Source of the DNA: an uncultured Cryomorphaceae bacterium
GTDB taxonomy: Bacteria; Bacteroidota; Bacteroidia; Flavobacteriales; Schleiferiaceae
DNA: 64,000 nt
NCBI GenBank assembly: GCA_913049845.1
Contig: CAJWZE010000001.1
Location: 19,765-83,764 of the forward strand
Direction of reading: 5' to 3'
Shown: piece by piece, positions 9,546 to 19,914 of the stretch
Numbering within the stretch: the first letter of the stretch is position 1
How the letters are laid out: each line of letters starts with the position of its first letter
Position numbers and translations under genes: made by a program
Notes under the pieces: generated by a model
Database searches by the model: none
What the model was told of the DNA's origin: nothing
The model's input: the letters and a program-made list of their open reading frames with translations, nothing else

Positions 9546-10590
9546 GTTCCCAGTTGGCCTTTACTTCAAAAGTCTGGCCAGAAATAAGCGGTTCGGCGGA
9601 TGTATTTAATGTCCAAGAGGGACTGTCCCAAAGGCCATTGCCGTTGAGATCTAAATATCCGAACAACTCATACTTTCCTGGCGCATAATAGTGTGCTTCA
9701 GTTTTGAGAGTATCCTTACTTGCACCGGTACACAGGTCAAATAGTACATCTCCTGCGCGATGTGCGTAGAGGATAACAGAATCTGCCGATGGGGGTATAG
9801 TGAAGCTGATTAGGCCTAGATTTTCGCTCGAGGTGGTATCCACAAAATTGGCCACAGAATCTAAAGCAGCCGTGTCCAAGTTTGGAAATTCAAAGCGCTC
9901 TGCCGAATAAGGGATTGCGATTAATGAGGAGTCGGATGAGGTCGGTATACCCTTGAGAAAGCCGAAGGTTTCAACGCCATCGTCCCAGATTTTATTAAAA
10001 TTGATGTCTTCAAAGACTAAGAAATCAAATGTATCTTTAGGAAGATAGCTGAGGTAAAAAGAACCGTCTTTACCTGGAGTAGTACTGAACTTTGGAAGCC
10101 CCACAGTATCGCTGCCTTCAGGTAATAGCCAAATGGTGAGGTCTTCAAAAGCACCTTTACCCGTTTTGTCAATATGACCTCCAACCTGCATACTGTCAAT
10201 GAAGGAGCCCGTGCTCCAGACGACCTCGAGGTTAGCGTATTTATTATTCTCATTCAGGTCGCCTATTTCATCGCCCATTGAGATCCTATAGGTCGTGTTT
10301 TCCAAAAGTTGTTCGTCTTCCCACTTCAATTTTAGTTTTTTGCCTATGATCTCAAATTCCAACCCTTCAAGCGGCGGACTCGTCGCGATATTACCGCGCA
10401 ATTTTATCCCTTGGATGTATTCATTGAAAACGATTTCCGCTCCATTACCTGTAAAGTTCAATGCACCTAGCGTTGGCGTCATTTTGATCACAGCAGGTGG
10501 TGTTTCGTCCTTAGGCCCGCCTTGCGGACGACTTTGAACGGCACACCCTACCAGAAGCAATAGGAAGGAAGGAATGAGGAATCGTTTCAT
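9493..10590 (-). CDS. Ig-like (SbsA/Big_5-type) domain lipoprotein
   Basis: Lipobox LLVGCA followed by the GGPKDETPP...FNEYI pattern typical of Bacteroidota Ig-like-domain lipoproteins. Confidence 0.6.
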   Translation of the reverse strand: MKRFLIPSFLLLLVGCAVQSRPQGGPKDETPPAVIKMTPTLGALNFTGNGAEIVFNEYIQGIKLRGNIATSPPLEGLEFEIIGKKLKLKWEDEQLLENTTYRISMGDEIGDLNENNKYANLEVVWSTGSFIDSMQVGGHIDKTGKGAFEDLTIWLLPEGSDTVGLPKFSTTPGKDGSFYLSYLPKDTFDFLVFEDINFNKIWDDGVETFGFLKGIPTSSDSSLIAIPYSAERFEFPNLDTAALDSVANFVDTTSSENLGLISFTIPPSADSVILYAHRAGDVLFDLCTGASKDTLKTEAHYYAPGKYELFGYLDLNGNGLWDSPSWTLNTSAEPLISGQTFEVKANWELEQPIILPNSKEDKIEP

Positions 10591-10691
10591 GAGCTAAAGG
10601 TCACCAATTATCGGCATACATACTTAGAGGAAACGGACAATTCCCTGTCAATATTTCAACAGTATTCGATTCCGATTAAAAAAGTAAATTA

Positions 10692-13600
10692 GTGTCTTAT
10701 TATAATCACACGCTTGTGAAAAAATTTCTACTCCTATTCATGTCAGTTTTTGCTCTGGGAGCAAATGCACAATCTTACTGTTCGCCGACTTACACACTGG
10801 GTTGTACTTATGGCGATGACATCAACGATGTTTATATTGGAACTTTCTCTGATACAGCTACAGGCTGTTCGACAGGTAACTACTACGTGGCAACTTCTGA
10901 TACGATTTATATCCAACAGACGGCGCCTACCTCGGTTGAATTTACTTCAAACTATTCTACGCAGTATTTTGCTATTTGGGGTGATTGGAACAACGACGGT
11001 GATTGGGATGATGCTGGAGAGCATCTTTGGTCTTCTTCGACGAACCAGTGGAACGGTAATGTGGAATCAATCACAATTCCTTCTACTGTATCACTAGGCT
11101 CTTACCGCATGCGCATCCGTTCAAATTATTCTGCAGCTATTTCAGCTACAGAAAGCTGTTCAAGCATGTCTTACGGTGAGGTTCACGATTATACAGTGAC
11201 CGTTACTACACCGCCGGCATGTCCGGCACCGACCTTTGCAAGCATCACTGCTTCAGATTCATCGGCTACTCTTACTTGGAATTCGAACGATACAACGTTT
11301 GTTGTTGAGTACGGTACATCTGGTTTCGTGAACGGTCTCGGACTTCAAGTAACTGCGAGTGACACGTTTGCTACGATCACTGGTTTGAGCTCAAACACAG
11401 CCTACGATTTCTACATTAAAACAGATTGTACAGCGGATACAAACGGTTATAGCACAAACGTTGGACCGTTCTTCGTGAAGACGTTGTGTACTTCGGTAAG
11501 CACACCGCTCTATGAGAGCTTTGATACAGATTCAACGGGCGGATTCTCAAATCCAAATGCTCCTTCATGTTGGTACTATGCTGAAAATTCTGGTGCTGCT
11601 GGATACGGATACATAGCCGGTTCTTCTTGGAATTTGAGTCCATATTCAGGTACTCAGATGTACTACCTCTACAACAGCTATGATTCAGCGGTTGAGGCAT
11701 TGATTAGTCCTGCCATTATTGGTTTAGATAGTGGTACGAAGCAGATGGACATCTATATGGCGTGTACAGGCTGGTCTTCAGGCAATGATGTCATTGTGGG
11801 AACTGTTAGCAGCCCGACAGATTTGAGCAATTTCAATGCTATTGACACAATCAGTGTACCTAACGGCGCTTCTTGGAACATGTACACGGTGTACTTCGAT
11901 GCAAGTGCAGGGTACAACATGAGCGACCAACACATTGCCATCATTTCAACCTCGATAAACACCTACACGGCGGTATACTTTGATGAAATCATCATAAAGG
12001 ACGCACCACAATGTTTACCGCCTTCGGCATTAAGCATTGGTTCGCTAGGTGCAGATTCGGCTGAGGTCAATTTCACTGCAGCAGGTATTGCCACTTATCT
12101 AGAATACGGTCCTGTAGGGTTTGTACCGGATTTCCAACAGAGTACAGGAACGCTTGTTACTGCATCGTTGTCACCGCATTGGTTAACAGGTCTTGACACA
12201 AACACTTCATACGACGTATACGTATACCAAATGTGTGTGGATAGTACCGTAAGTCCAGCCTTTGGTCCTGCGACATTTAAGACGCTACAGTGTGCCCCGT
12301 CGTCAATGTGTACGTTTGACATTGAACTTACAGATACATGGGGCGATGGATGGAACGGTGCTCAAGTTGAAGTCTTGAATTCATCAGGCGGGGTAGAATA
12401 TACTCTAGGTGCAGGATTTACCACGGGCACTTCGTATACGGAAACTATCATGGTTTGTACAGGTGAAACATTTACCATTCAAGTTAGTGTTGCCGGTTCT
12501 TATCCTAGCGAGATCGGTTTAAATGTTCTTTCAAATAGTTCTGTTGTCGATTCTTACACGGCAACTTCAGCTACAACCGTTAGTACTCAAATGGCACAAT
12601 TCACAGCATCCTGTAACGCAGCTTGCCCACCACCAAAGAGCTTGACTTATGCAGCAGGAAAGAATGATGCGACCTTCACCTTTGATCAGAACGGAGGTTC
12701 TGCGACCTACGTTTACGAGTGGGGTCCAGTGGGATTTGCACAGTCAACAGGTATAATCTCTAATAACATTGATTCAACGACAAGTAACACTTTCTCCATC
12801 TTTGGTTTGAGCGCAGCCACTTGCTATGATGTATTCCTTATCGGAAATTGCGGTGCTAGCGGAGTGAGTGATACATTGGGGCCGTTGACCTTCTGTACTA
12901 ATCTTTGTGATACTACAGATTTATGTACTTGGACGATGAGTATGTATGATTCATGGGGCGATGGATGGAACGGTGCTGAAGTACAAGTATTGTATAACGG
13001 TGCCTTCGGTCAGTCCTTTACATTCTTAACAGGCGATTCGTCTATTGTAGATTTCCAGGTATGCAGTGGAACGCAGATTTCAGTATTCAACAGCGCTGCC
13101 GGATCCTATCCTTCTGAGGTAAGCTATGTGCTTTCGAATTCCTCTGGTACGCAAAGCACTTCTGTGAGTACGGGTAATTTTACAGTAGGTGTCCAAGATA
13201 CCTTGGTTGCGAATTGTGTCACAGTTTCTTGTCCAATGCCATCGAATTTGACGAATACGAACATTGGCGCTACAACTTCTGATATTTCATGGACAGGTGG
13301 TACAGGAACTTTCTTGTACCAATACCGTGCTCAAGGAACCACTACTGGTCCAATGCTCAGCGGTATATCAACTGCAACAACGGCTTCAATGATGGGTCTA
13401 ACGCCGTCTACCACGTACGACTTCTACGTGAAAGAAGCTTGTGCTCCAGGCGATACATCGATGACCATGTATCACGTGTTTACTACAGATTCCTGTGCAG
13501 CAATTACATTAGGTAATCCACAGTTCAACGTGGATAGCGTGAATGCTGCAGCTGCAGCACTGACCTTTAACTGGAACAGTGCAAACACCACTGGATTCAA

Positions 13601-14027
13601 TATTTCTTTTGGTGACGGTAACTTAGCGACGGGTGTTGGGGGTACAGTTTCACACTCGTACACTGCCAACGGTACATACTCCGTAACATTGACCGTATAC
13701 AGCGATTGTGACACTGTTAGCAAGACGTTTAATGTACAAGTTGGTACTATCGGTATCGAGGATAATGCTGGAATTACTGCCTTGATTATTTATCCCAATC
13801 CAACACAAGGGTTGGTGACCATCGATGGTGAGATTTCACACAACGCTGAGGTGAGTATTCGAATAATCAACTACTTGGGTCAGGAGATCCTAGCAGATGA
13901 ATTTGACCCTACTTCTTCAGTTCTAATGAAAACGTATGATTTGAGCGCGGCTGGGGCGGGAGCTTATCTCATCGAGGTTGCAACGAATCGAGACGTAGTA
14001 CAGAAATCCATTATTGTTCGTCACTAA
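10692..14027 (+). CDS. Giant T9SS-secreted mosaic protein (GEVED domain, four Fn3-like modules, two WGDGWNG modules, PKD-like domain, T9SS C-terminal sorting domain)
   Basis: GTG start (an alternative GTG lies a few codons downstream) and a signal peptide ending ANAQ. YGEVHDYTVTV is the GEVED signature. Four modules open with CP.P. A PKD-like FGDGN...YSVTLTVYSD segment is present. The C-terminus is IYPNPTQGLVTIDG...YLIEV...KSIIVRH. Confidence 0.75.
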   Translation: MSYYNHTLVKKFLLLFMSVFALGANAQSYCSPTYTLGCTYGDDINDVYIGTFSDTATGCSTGNYYVATSDTIYIQQTAPTSVEFTSNYSTQYFAIWGDWNNDGDWDDAGEHLWSSSTNQWNGNVESITIPSTVSLGSYRMRIRSNYSAAISATESCSSMSYGEVHDYTVTVTTPPACPAPTFASITASDSSATLTWNSNDTTFVVEYGTSGFVNGLGLQVTASDTFATITGLSSNTAYDFYIKTDCTADTNGYSTNVGPFFVKTLCTSVSTPLYESFDTDSTGGFSNPNAPSCWYYAENSGAAGYGYIAGSSWNLSPYSGTQMYYLYNSYDSAVEALISPAIIGLDSGTKQMDIYMACTGWSSGNDVIVGTVSSPTDLSNFNAIDTISVPNGASWNMYTVYFDASAGYNMSDQHIAIISTSINTYTAVYFDEIIIKDAPQCLPPSALSIGSLGADSAEVNFTAAGIATYLEYGPVGFVPDFQQSTGTLVTASLSPHWLTGLDTNTSYDVYVYQMCVDSTVSPAFGPATFKTLQCAPSSMCTFDIELTDTWGDGWNGAQVEVLNSSGGVEYTLGAGFTTGTSYTETIMVCTGETFTIQVSVAGSYPSEIGLNVLSNSSVVDSYTATSATTVSTQMAQFTASCNAACPPPKSLTYAAGKNDATFTFDQNGGSATYVYEWGPVGFAQSTGIISNNIDSTTSNTFSIFGLSAATCYDVFLIGNCGASGVSDTLGPLTFCTNLCDTTDLCTWTMSMYDSWGDGWNGAEVQVLYNGAFGQSFTFLTGDSSIVDFQVCSGTQISVFNSAAGSYPSEVSYVLSNSSGTQSTSVSTGNFTVGVQDTLVANCVTVSCPMPSNLTNTNIGATTSDISWTGGTGTFLYQYRAQGTTTGPMLSGISTATTASMMGLTPSTTYDFYVKEACAPGDTSMTMYHVFTTDSCAAITLGNPQFNVDSVNAAAAALTFNWNSANTTGFNISFGDGNLATGVGGTVSHSYTANGTYSVTLTVYSDCDTVSKTFNVQVGTIGIEDNAGITALIIYPNPTQGLVTIDGEISHNAEVSIRIINYLGQEILADEFDPTSSVLMKTYDLSAAGAGAYLIEVATNRDVVQKSIIVRH
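12290..13220 (+). repeat. Tandem in-frame duplication with a 615-nt (205-codon) period inside the GEVED-protein CDS
   Basis: An identical 26-mer catggggcgatggatggaacggtgct occurs at 12337-12362 and 12952-12977. The protein modules are C..C-T-[FW]....D-[TS]-WGDGWNGA-V-VL ... C-[TS]-G ... GSYPSE ... C. Confidence 0.7.
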
Positions 14028-14412
14028 ACCTCCAAGGCTAGTCCAAGCAAATGCAAGGGTTTCTCTGGGAATTCTTCCTGAATGACTTCTGTAGCATAAT
14101 GCAACGTCAATGCCATAATTGAGTTTGTGATAAGTGGAACTTATTGATGGGTAATTGATTAATACTGCGCTAATGCTGGCCTCGACTGTTGACAAAATCC
14201 TTTGTAGGTACTTACCCTAGAGAACGGAGCACCTAGGTTGCGCAGCTAGACACATTTGGCATACGCTTTGCTCTTGAGGGTGGAAAAGGTCTTTACCAAG
14301 GAGGTAATGTTTATGAAAGACGAGGCTTGTTAAAAACTTAGCATCATTGTAAAGTAGATATGCTGGGATTGAGGTAGTTTCGTTCTTATATAAGACAAAC
14401 TAATTTGGAGCT

Positions 14413-15300
14413 ATGAGTTCAATAGGAAACAAAGGGAGATTAGGATTGGTAATTGGCCTATTGGCTGTTGTTGTACTTGCATTGGGCGTATTGCTCTATT
14501 TACGCAGTGAAGAGAAGCATGCAATGGAGTTAGACAAGCAAGAATTGACCTTAGAACTGAGTGGTTTGAAGGAAGATTTGATTAGCCAGATTGGCGAGAA
14601 CGACAGTCTAAATTCATTTATTGAGACAGAGACAGCACGTTTAGGCTCGTTGATTGATAGCATTAACGCTGTAAATGTTGACAACAAAAAACAATTAACA
14701 AACTACCGTTACCGTTTGAGAAGCTTGAAGTATCAGAATGCGGAGTTGGTAGAACAATTGGATAGCATAAACGAAGCATATGCGGCGCTCAAGATCCGTG
14801 AGCAGATGATTGCAGACAGCTTGAATTTCGCGATAACTGCAAACCAGGCGCTTTCCGGTCAGAACAGTGTACTTTCAAATACAGTGGCCAAAGGAAAGCA
14901 GTTGGTTATTGCTGCATCCTCAGCTAAGGCGGCTCGTATTAGCAATAGTGGCAGGGAGCGCAAGACAATGCGTGCGAAGAAAACGGACCGTGTGAATGTT
15001 TGTATCACCATCGCTAAAAACCGTATTGCAGATTCAGGCGAGCGTACATTGTACGTGAAGCTCTTTGCACCAAACGGTAAGGAGGTTGACGCGCCTGAGA
15101 ACAACAAAGCAGTTGTTGGCGGCGTTAACAGCGGTTACAACGGTATTGCGAAAGTGAATTTCCAAGGAGAAGCAATGGACGTGTGTATTGCTGCGAACAG
15201 AGCGACAGATGCACCTGTTATATTAAAACCAGGAATCTACACTGCAGCCGTTATGACGGACTCGTACGTTTTGGGTACAGTAGCAGTAGAATTGAAATAA
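14413..15300 (+). CDS. Membrane-anchored coiled-coil protein with a beta-rich C-terminal domain (unknown function)
   Basis: N-terminal TM helix (LGLVIGLLAVVVLALGVLLYL), a heptad-rich middle region, and a C-terminal Ig-like-looking segment. The stop lies 4 nt before the OmpA-family gene. Confidence 0.55.
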   Translation: MSSIGNKGRLGLVIGLLAVVVLALGVLLYLRSEEKHAMELDKQELTLELSGLKEDLISQIGENDSLNSFIETETARLGSLIDSINAVNVDNKKQLTNYRYRLRSLKYQNAELVEQLDSINEAYAALKIREQMIADSLNFAITANQALSGQNSVLSNTVAKGKQLVIAASSAKAARISNSGRERKTMRAKKTDRVNVCITIAKNRIADSGERTLYVKLFAPNGKEVDAPENNKAVVGGVNSGYNGIAKVNFQGEAMDVCIAANRATDAPVILKPGIYTAAVMTDSYVLGTVAVELK

Positions 15301-15304
15301 TACC

Positions 15305-16267
15305 ATGAAGAAGCTATTCATTTTTGCACTTTTCGGTGCACTTACCACCTCTTGTGTGAGCACTAAGGTGCACAAAACCTTACAAGAGAAGTACGATATT
15401 CTTTCGAACGAAGCAGATCAGCTTCGTCAAAAGAGCGAAATGCGAGCGGCTGAGAACTCAGAACTCGAGCGTACACTAGGAGAGGTACGTCGTGATGTGA
15501 ATCAGCTTCAAGAGGATACAATTGTAAAGTTTGACGAGCTGCGCGCCTTGCAGACCAAATACGACCGTTTGTCCAAGCAGTACGATTACTTACTCGACAA
15601 CAACAGTACTTTGATTGCTGCAAGTGCTCGTGAAAACAAAGCTCTGATGGACGAGCTTAGTACGATACAAAGCCGTCTTCAAGCGAAAGAAGACAGTCTA
15701 AACACAGAGCGCCGTGCCTTGGAAAATGGGCAACGTCGAGTTTCGGAGCTTGAGGGCGTTATTCGTCGTCAAGACAGCACGGTAAATTATGTTCGTCAGA
15801 AAGTGGCGGATGCTTTGCTTGGATTCACGGGCAAAGGACTTACTGTCAACATGCGTGATGGTAAGGTCTACGTAAGCTTAGAGAACAGTCTACTCTTTGC
15901 ACCAGGATCTTGGAGTGTGGCAGCAAATGGACAAGTCGCTTTGGACAACCTTTCTAAAGTTCTTGCAGATAACGAGGAAATCAGCGTGCTTGTTGAGGGG
16001 CATACGGACGACGATCCTTACCGAGGACAGAGCCAAGTTAAGGACAACTGGGACCTCAGTGTGATGCGCGCTACGAATGTGGTAAAGATTTTGACTAAGA
16101 ATGTGGGTCTTGACCCAAAGCGAATTACAGCAGCCGGTCGCGGTGAGTACGTGCCTTTGGTTGAGAACAGTTCTTCGAGCAACAAAGCCATCAACCGTCG
16201 CACGGAGATTATCCTAACACCAGATTTAACAGAGCTTGCTAATTTACTAGATTCAGCGGGGGAGTAA
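15305..16267 (+). CDS. OmpA/MotB-family peptidoglycan-binding lipoprotein with a coiled-coil N-terminal half
   Basis: Lipobox LTTSC and a long coiled coil. The OmpA_C-like domain shows GHTDD...NW.LS..RA...V...L...G and NRRTEI. Confidence 0.8.
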   Translation: MKKLFIFALFGALTTSCVSTKVHKTLQEKYDILSNEADQLRQKSEMRAAENSELERTLGEVRRDVNQLQEDTIVKFDELRALQTKYDRLSKQYDYLLDNNSTLIAASARENKALMDELSTIQSRLQAKEDSLNTERRALENGQRRVSELEGVIRRQDSTVNYVRQKVADALLGFTGKGLTVNMRDGKVYVSLENSLLFAPGSWSVAANGQVALDNLSKVLADNEEISVLVEGHTDDDPYRGQSQVKDNWDLSVMRATNVVKILTKNVGLDPKRITAAGRGEYVPLVENSSSSNKAINRRTEIILTPDLTELANLLDSAGE

Positions 16268-16276
16268 TTGCTTTAT

Positions 16277-17629
16277 TTAGAATTGGTCACTGACCAATTC
16301 TTCAATTCTTTTCAATCCCACTATGTCAATTTCGTAGTGGGATTTTTCTATTTGGTGGTGAGCACTTACGTAGATGCGTTCAAATCCAAGTTTTTCAGCC
16401 TCGCGTATGCGCTGCTCTACCTTGGTCACCGGTCTAACTTCACCGGTCAATCCAACCTCTGCGGCAAAACACACCTTATCCGATATAGGCTTATCGTTAT
16501 TCGAGCTGAGAATGGCAGCAATCACGGCTAAATCTAAAGCAGGATCATCTACGCGTAGTCCACCAGTGATGTTTAAGAAGACGTCCTTTTGTCCCAATCG
16601 GAACCCACAACGCTTCTCTAAAACTGCCAATAGCATATTCAGTCGACGCGTGTCAAAACCCGTCGTAGATCGCTGAGGCGTCCCGTAGACTGCTGTCGAA
16701 CACAACGATTGGAGTTCCAATAGCATAGGACGAATACCCTCTAACAATACCGCTACAGCATTACCGCTGAGACCATCGTGTTGTTTGGTTAAAAGCAAAT
16801 CGCTCGGATTTGCTACCCCTTTAAGGCCTTCTTGTTCCATAGTATACAACCCAATCTCATGGGTAGATCCAAATCTGTTTTTATTTGCTCTTAAGATGCG
16901 GTACAATAGGTTGGGGTCTCCCTCAAACTGAAGGACAATGTCCACCATATGCTCTAATATCTTCGGTCCCGCGATACTTCCTTCTTTGTTGATATGACCA
17001 ATCAAGAGAACCGGGGTTCCTGTCTCCTTTGCGTAACGAATAAAACTTGCAGCACTCTCCCGGATTTGAGCTACTGAACCCGGTGTGCTTTCAACATGAG
17101 GCACGTGAAGCGTCTGTATAGAATCTATGACCACAAGGTGTGGTCGCATTTTTTTTAAATGGTTGAAAATGACCTCCGTTTTGGTCTCGTTCAAAAGGAA
17201 CAATTCACTTTCTGTGTGGCCAATTCTTTCCGCTCTAAGCTTGATTTGTGAAGGACTTTCTTCACCGCTTACATAGGCTACGGTTCCACTGAATTTAAGT
17301 GCCATCTGTAAGAGCAAGGTGCTCTTACCAATCCCGGGCTCGCCACCCAACAAAACCACCGAGCCTGGTACAATACCGCCTCCTAATACTCGTGAAAATT
17401 CGTCGTCGCGAATTGGATAACGTTGTACAGTGGAGTGCTCAACTTCATTAATTTTAAGCGGCCTAATTGAGGGATTATCCCCACTCCAAGCTCGTGGATC
17501 AGGCTTGCTTTTAGTCTGCGTTTCCTGCACGAGCGTGTTCCACTCTTTACATCCCTGGCATTGCCCCATCCATTTAGAATGTTCAGTACCACAGTTGTTG
17601 CAGATAAAGATGCTCTTACTTTTTGCCAT
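16277..17629 (-). CDS. radA: DNA repair protein RadA/Sms
   Basis: N-terminal zinc finger CNNCG...CQGCKEW, Walker A GEPGIGKST, the KNRFG motif and a Lon-like C-terminal domain. Confidence 0.92.
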   Translation of the reverse strand: MAKSKSIFICNNCGTEHSKWMGQCQGCKEWNTLVQETQTKSKPDPRAWSGDNPSIRPLKINEVEHSTVQRYPIRDDEFSRVLGGGIVPGSVVLLGGEPGIGKSTLLLQMALKFSGTVAYVSGEESPSQIKLRAERIGHTESELFLLNETKTEVIFNHLKKMRPHLVVIDSIQTLHVPHVESTPGSVAQIRESAASFIRYAKETGTPVLLIGHINKEGSIAGPKILEHMVDIVLQFEGDPNLLYRILRANKNRFGSTHEIGLYTMEQEGLKGVANPSDLLLTKQHDGLSGNAVAVLLEGIRPMLLELQSLCSTAVYGTPQRSTTGFDTRRLNMLLAVLEKRCGFRLGQKDVFLNITGGLRVDDPALDLAVIAAILSSNNDKPISDKVCFAAEVGLTGEVRPVTKVEQRIREAEKLGFERIYVSAHHQIEKSHYEIDIVGLKRIEELVSDQF

Positions 17630-17634
17630 GGAGA

Positions 17635-18609
17635 TTATTTCTTCCTAGTAAAATACAGAATTAGCACACCAATAGCACCTGTTGCAATGAACATTAAACT
17701 ATTGCCGCTATGGATGATGGTAGCATATGCGGTTCCTAGTTCTGGCGAATAACCAACGACTGTGAGTGCCTTCGATACGAGATAGTGGTAGGCGCCAATA
17801 CCACCAGGCACAGGAACAACGTACCCTAAACCGGCTGCAACACTGACATAAAATGCTTCAGAAAGCCCTAGGGCTTCTAATCCTGGCACGATTTTAAAAC
17901 CTACAAATATCGTAGCTATGTAGCACATCCAAATACCTACGCTATATGCCCAGAACAAGAATTTGTTCTCGACATTTTGAACGCTTTTTAAGCCCTCAAC
18001 AAGCCCTTGAATGAAGCTGATTATTTTCTGAGCAAAACCCCATTGCGACCACATTTTTCGAGTGCTCCAAAGACCAATTAGTAAAAGTATAGTGACGCCA
18101 ATTAAAGCACTGACTAACAATGGCGATAGCGAAGGAAAACTGGCACCGCTTTGAATTAGGAAGATGGATAGTTGTGTTGCTTGCGTAATGATAGTAATCA
18201 AAAAGACAAAACCAAACATAAGGATGTCTACTACCCGCTCAAGTAAGACAGTTCCGAAGAGCTTATCAATAGGGATATCGTCGGTGCGGTTGATTGCAGT
18301 GCATCGAGCTACTTCACCAACTCTTGGTGTAACAAGATTGACTAGGTAAGAAAAGGCTACCGCTGCGATGGCATTGAGTGAACTCACATTGTAGCCGAGG
18401 GTCCCCAAGAGCTGCACCCATCGGATGCCGCGAATGATAATGGCAATTAATCCAATTCCAATTGCGATAAATAATCCGAACCCATCAACGGACTGAATGT
18501 TCTTCGATAATTCTTCAGGGTTGGTATTTTGAAATGTAAAATAGAGTAACAATCCGCCAATGCTCAAGAAGAGCATGTATTGCAACACCTTTTTTACATT
18601 TTCCGTCAC
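17635..18609 (-). CDS. UPF0104 / lysylphosphatidylglycerol-synthase-TM-like (flippase-like) membrane protein
   Basis: About 8 predicted TM helices and 324 aa. The position next to panD is common in Bacteroidota. The family assignment comes from overall pattern only. Confidence 0.55.
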   Translation of the reverse strand: MTENVKKVLQYMLFLSIGGLLLYFTFQNTNPEELSKNIQSVDGFGLFIAIGIGLIAIIIRGIRWVQLLGTLGYNVSSLNAIAAVAFSYLVNLVTPRVGEVARCTAINRTDDIPIDKLFGTVLLERVVDILMFGFVFLITIITQATQLSIFLIQSGASFPSLSPLLVSALIGVTILLLIGLWSTRKMWSQWGFAQKIISFIQGLVEGLKSVQNVENKFLFWAYSVGIWMCYIATIFVGFKIVPGLEALGLSEAFYVSVAAGLGYVVPVPGGIGAYHYLVSKALTVVGYSPELGTAYATIIHSGNSLMFIATGAIGVLILYFTRKK

Positions 18610-18959
18610 TATTTCAAGAGATTAGTTGATTCGTCTGGGAATACAATCCGAGGTTTGTGTGTCTTTGCTTCTTCTGGGGTCATTTGCGCATAAGCGATAA
18701 TGATAATCACATCGCCTTTTTGAACACGACGAGCGGCAGGTCCATTTAAAACAACACTTCCCGTGCCGCTGCCTCCTGAAATGGTGTAGGTGTCGAAACG
18801 CTCCCCATTATTGACGTTGACGATGTAAACACGTTCACCAGGAACAATACCAACCGCAGCCATTAAATCATAATCTAAAGTGATAGAACCCACGTAATCA
18901 AGGTCCGCTCCTGTGACCTTAACGCGATGAATTTTACTCTTTACAACCTCTATTTGCAT
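18609..18959 (-). CDS. panD: Aspartate 1-decarboxylase
   Basis: [29 protein letters not shown] includes the Gly-Ser self-cleavage site. 116 aa. Confidence 0.92.
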   Translation of the reverse strand: MQIEVVKSKIHRVKVTGADLDYVGSITLDYDLMAAVGIVPGERVYIVNVNNGERFDTYTISGGSGTGSVVLNGPAARRVQKGDVIIIIAYAQMTPEEAKTHKPRIVFPDESTNLLK

Positions 18960-18973
18960 GGCGCAAAAGTAGA

Positions 18974-19819
18974 TTAAAAAAGAGGAAGGTTATCGATAAG
19001 GCGAACTTTTCCGCACATAACAGCCGCAAAGACTCTTGTCGGAACATTTAATTTGAACCTATCTACCGGAATCAACGTATTTGCCGCACTGAATTCGAGG
19101 TATTCCACCTCGAGGTAATCGACACTATTGATTTTTTTAATTAGCGCTCTTTGGGCAGTTTTTGGTGAGGTAGCCCCAAAATCTGTATCCTGAATCCATC
19201 GCGAGATAATATGGTAAATTTCTTTGGCTGCTCTTCGCTGGGCGGATGACAAACGGAGGTTTCGGCTGCTCATGGCGAGGCCGTCGTCTTCGCGTAGTGT
19301 AGCACAAGGCACGATTTCTACGTGCCAATTTTCCTCATTAACAACGTGCTTGATTATAGCGAGCTGTTGATAGTCTTTTTCACCAAAAAATGCGCGGTGT
19401 GGCTCGATGATTTCAAAGAATCGTGTTACAACAGTTGCCATTCCGTCGAAGTGACCAGGTCGTCCAGCTCCTTCCATGAATTTGCTCAACGAACCAAAAT
19501 CAAAGCTTCTTGATTTCAGCCTATGTGGATAAAGATCTTTTTGAGAGGGCAGGTACACAACTACTTCTCCGGTATCACGCAAGAGGCGTAAATCTTTCTC
19601 AAGGGTCGAGGGGTACTTGTCCAAGTCCTCCGCATTGTTGAATTGTGTTGGATTCACGTATATACTCACCAGGGTATAGTCGTCCATTGAAAGACTGCAC
19701 TTTACTAAACTCAGGTGGCCTTTGTGAAGTGCACCCATCGTAGGCACAAATCCAAGGGTTTGCTCCCCAATGCTAACTCGCCACTCGTTTAATTCTAAAA
19801 TATTTCTTAAAACGGTCAT
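18974..19819 (-). CDS. panC: Pantoate--beta-alanine ligase
   Basis: [10 protein letters not shown] (HIGH-like) motif and the SSRN motif. 281 aa. Confidence 0.92.
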   Translation of the reverse strand: MTVLRNILELNEWRVSIGEQTLGFVPTMGALHKGHLSLVKCSLSMDDYTLVSIYVNPTQFNNAEDLDKYPSTLEKDLRLLRDTGEVVVYLPSQKDLYPHRLKSRSFDFGSLSKFMEGAGRPGHFDGMATVVTRFFEIIEPHRAFFGEKDYQQLAIIKHVVNEENWHVEIVPCATLREDDGLAMSSRNLRLSSAQRRAAKEIYHIISRWIQDTDFGATSPKTAQRALIKKINSVDYLEVEYLEFSAANTLIPVDRFKLNVPTRVFAAVMCGKVRLIDNLPLF

Positions 19820-19878
19820 TTTGGGCTGTAAAAGGGCTCAAAACTAGGCTATTCTTAGGAAAAAGCGTCAAAAAAAGG

Positions 19879-19886
19879 TATCTTTG
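19879..19886 (+). promoter_or_regulatory. Candidate Bacteroidota sigmaA -7 box (TAnnTTTG)
   Basis: tatctttg lies 29 nt upstream of the ATG at 19915, in the divergent panC/glgA-like intergenic region. Confidence 0.35.
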
Positions 19887-19914
19887 CCCCCTAGTTTAAA
19901 AACATCTAATCCGT

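Noticed and set aside
13923-14195. 90-aa minus-strand ORF at the 3' end of the GEVED gene
   Set aside because: It overlaps the T9SS C-terminal domain coding region in antisense. It has no start context or motif.
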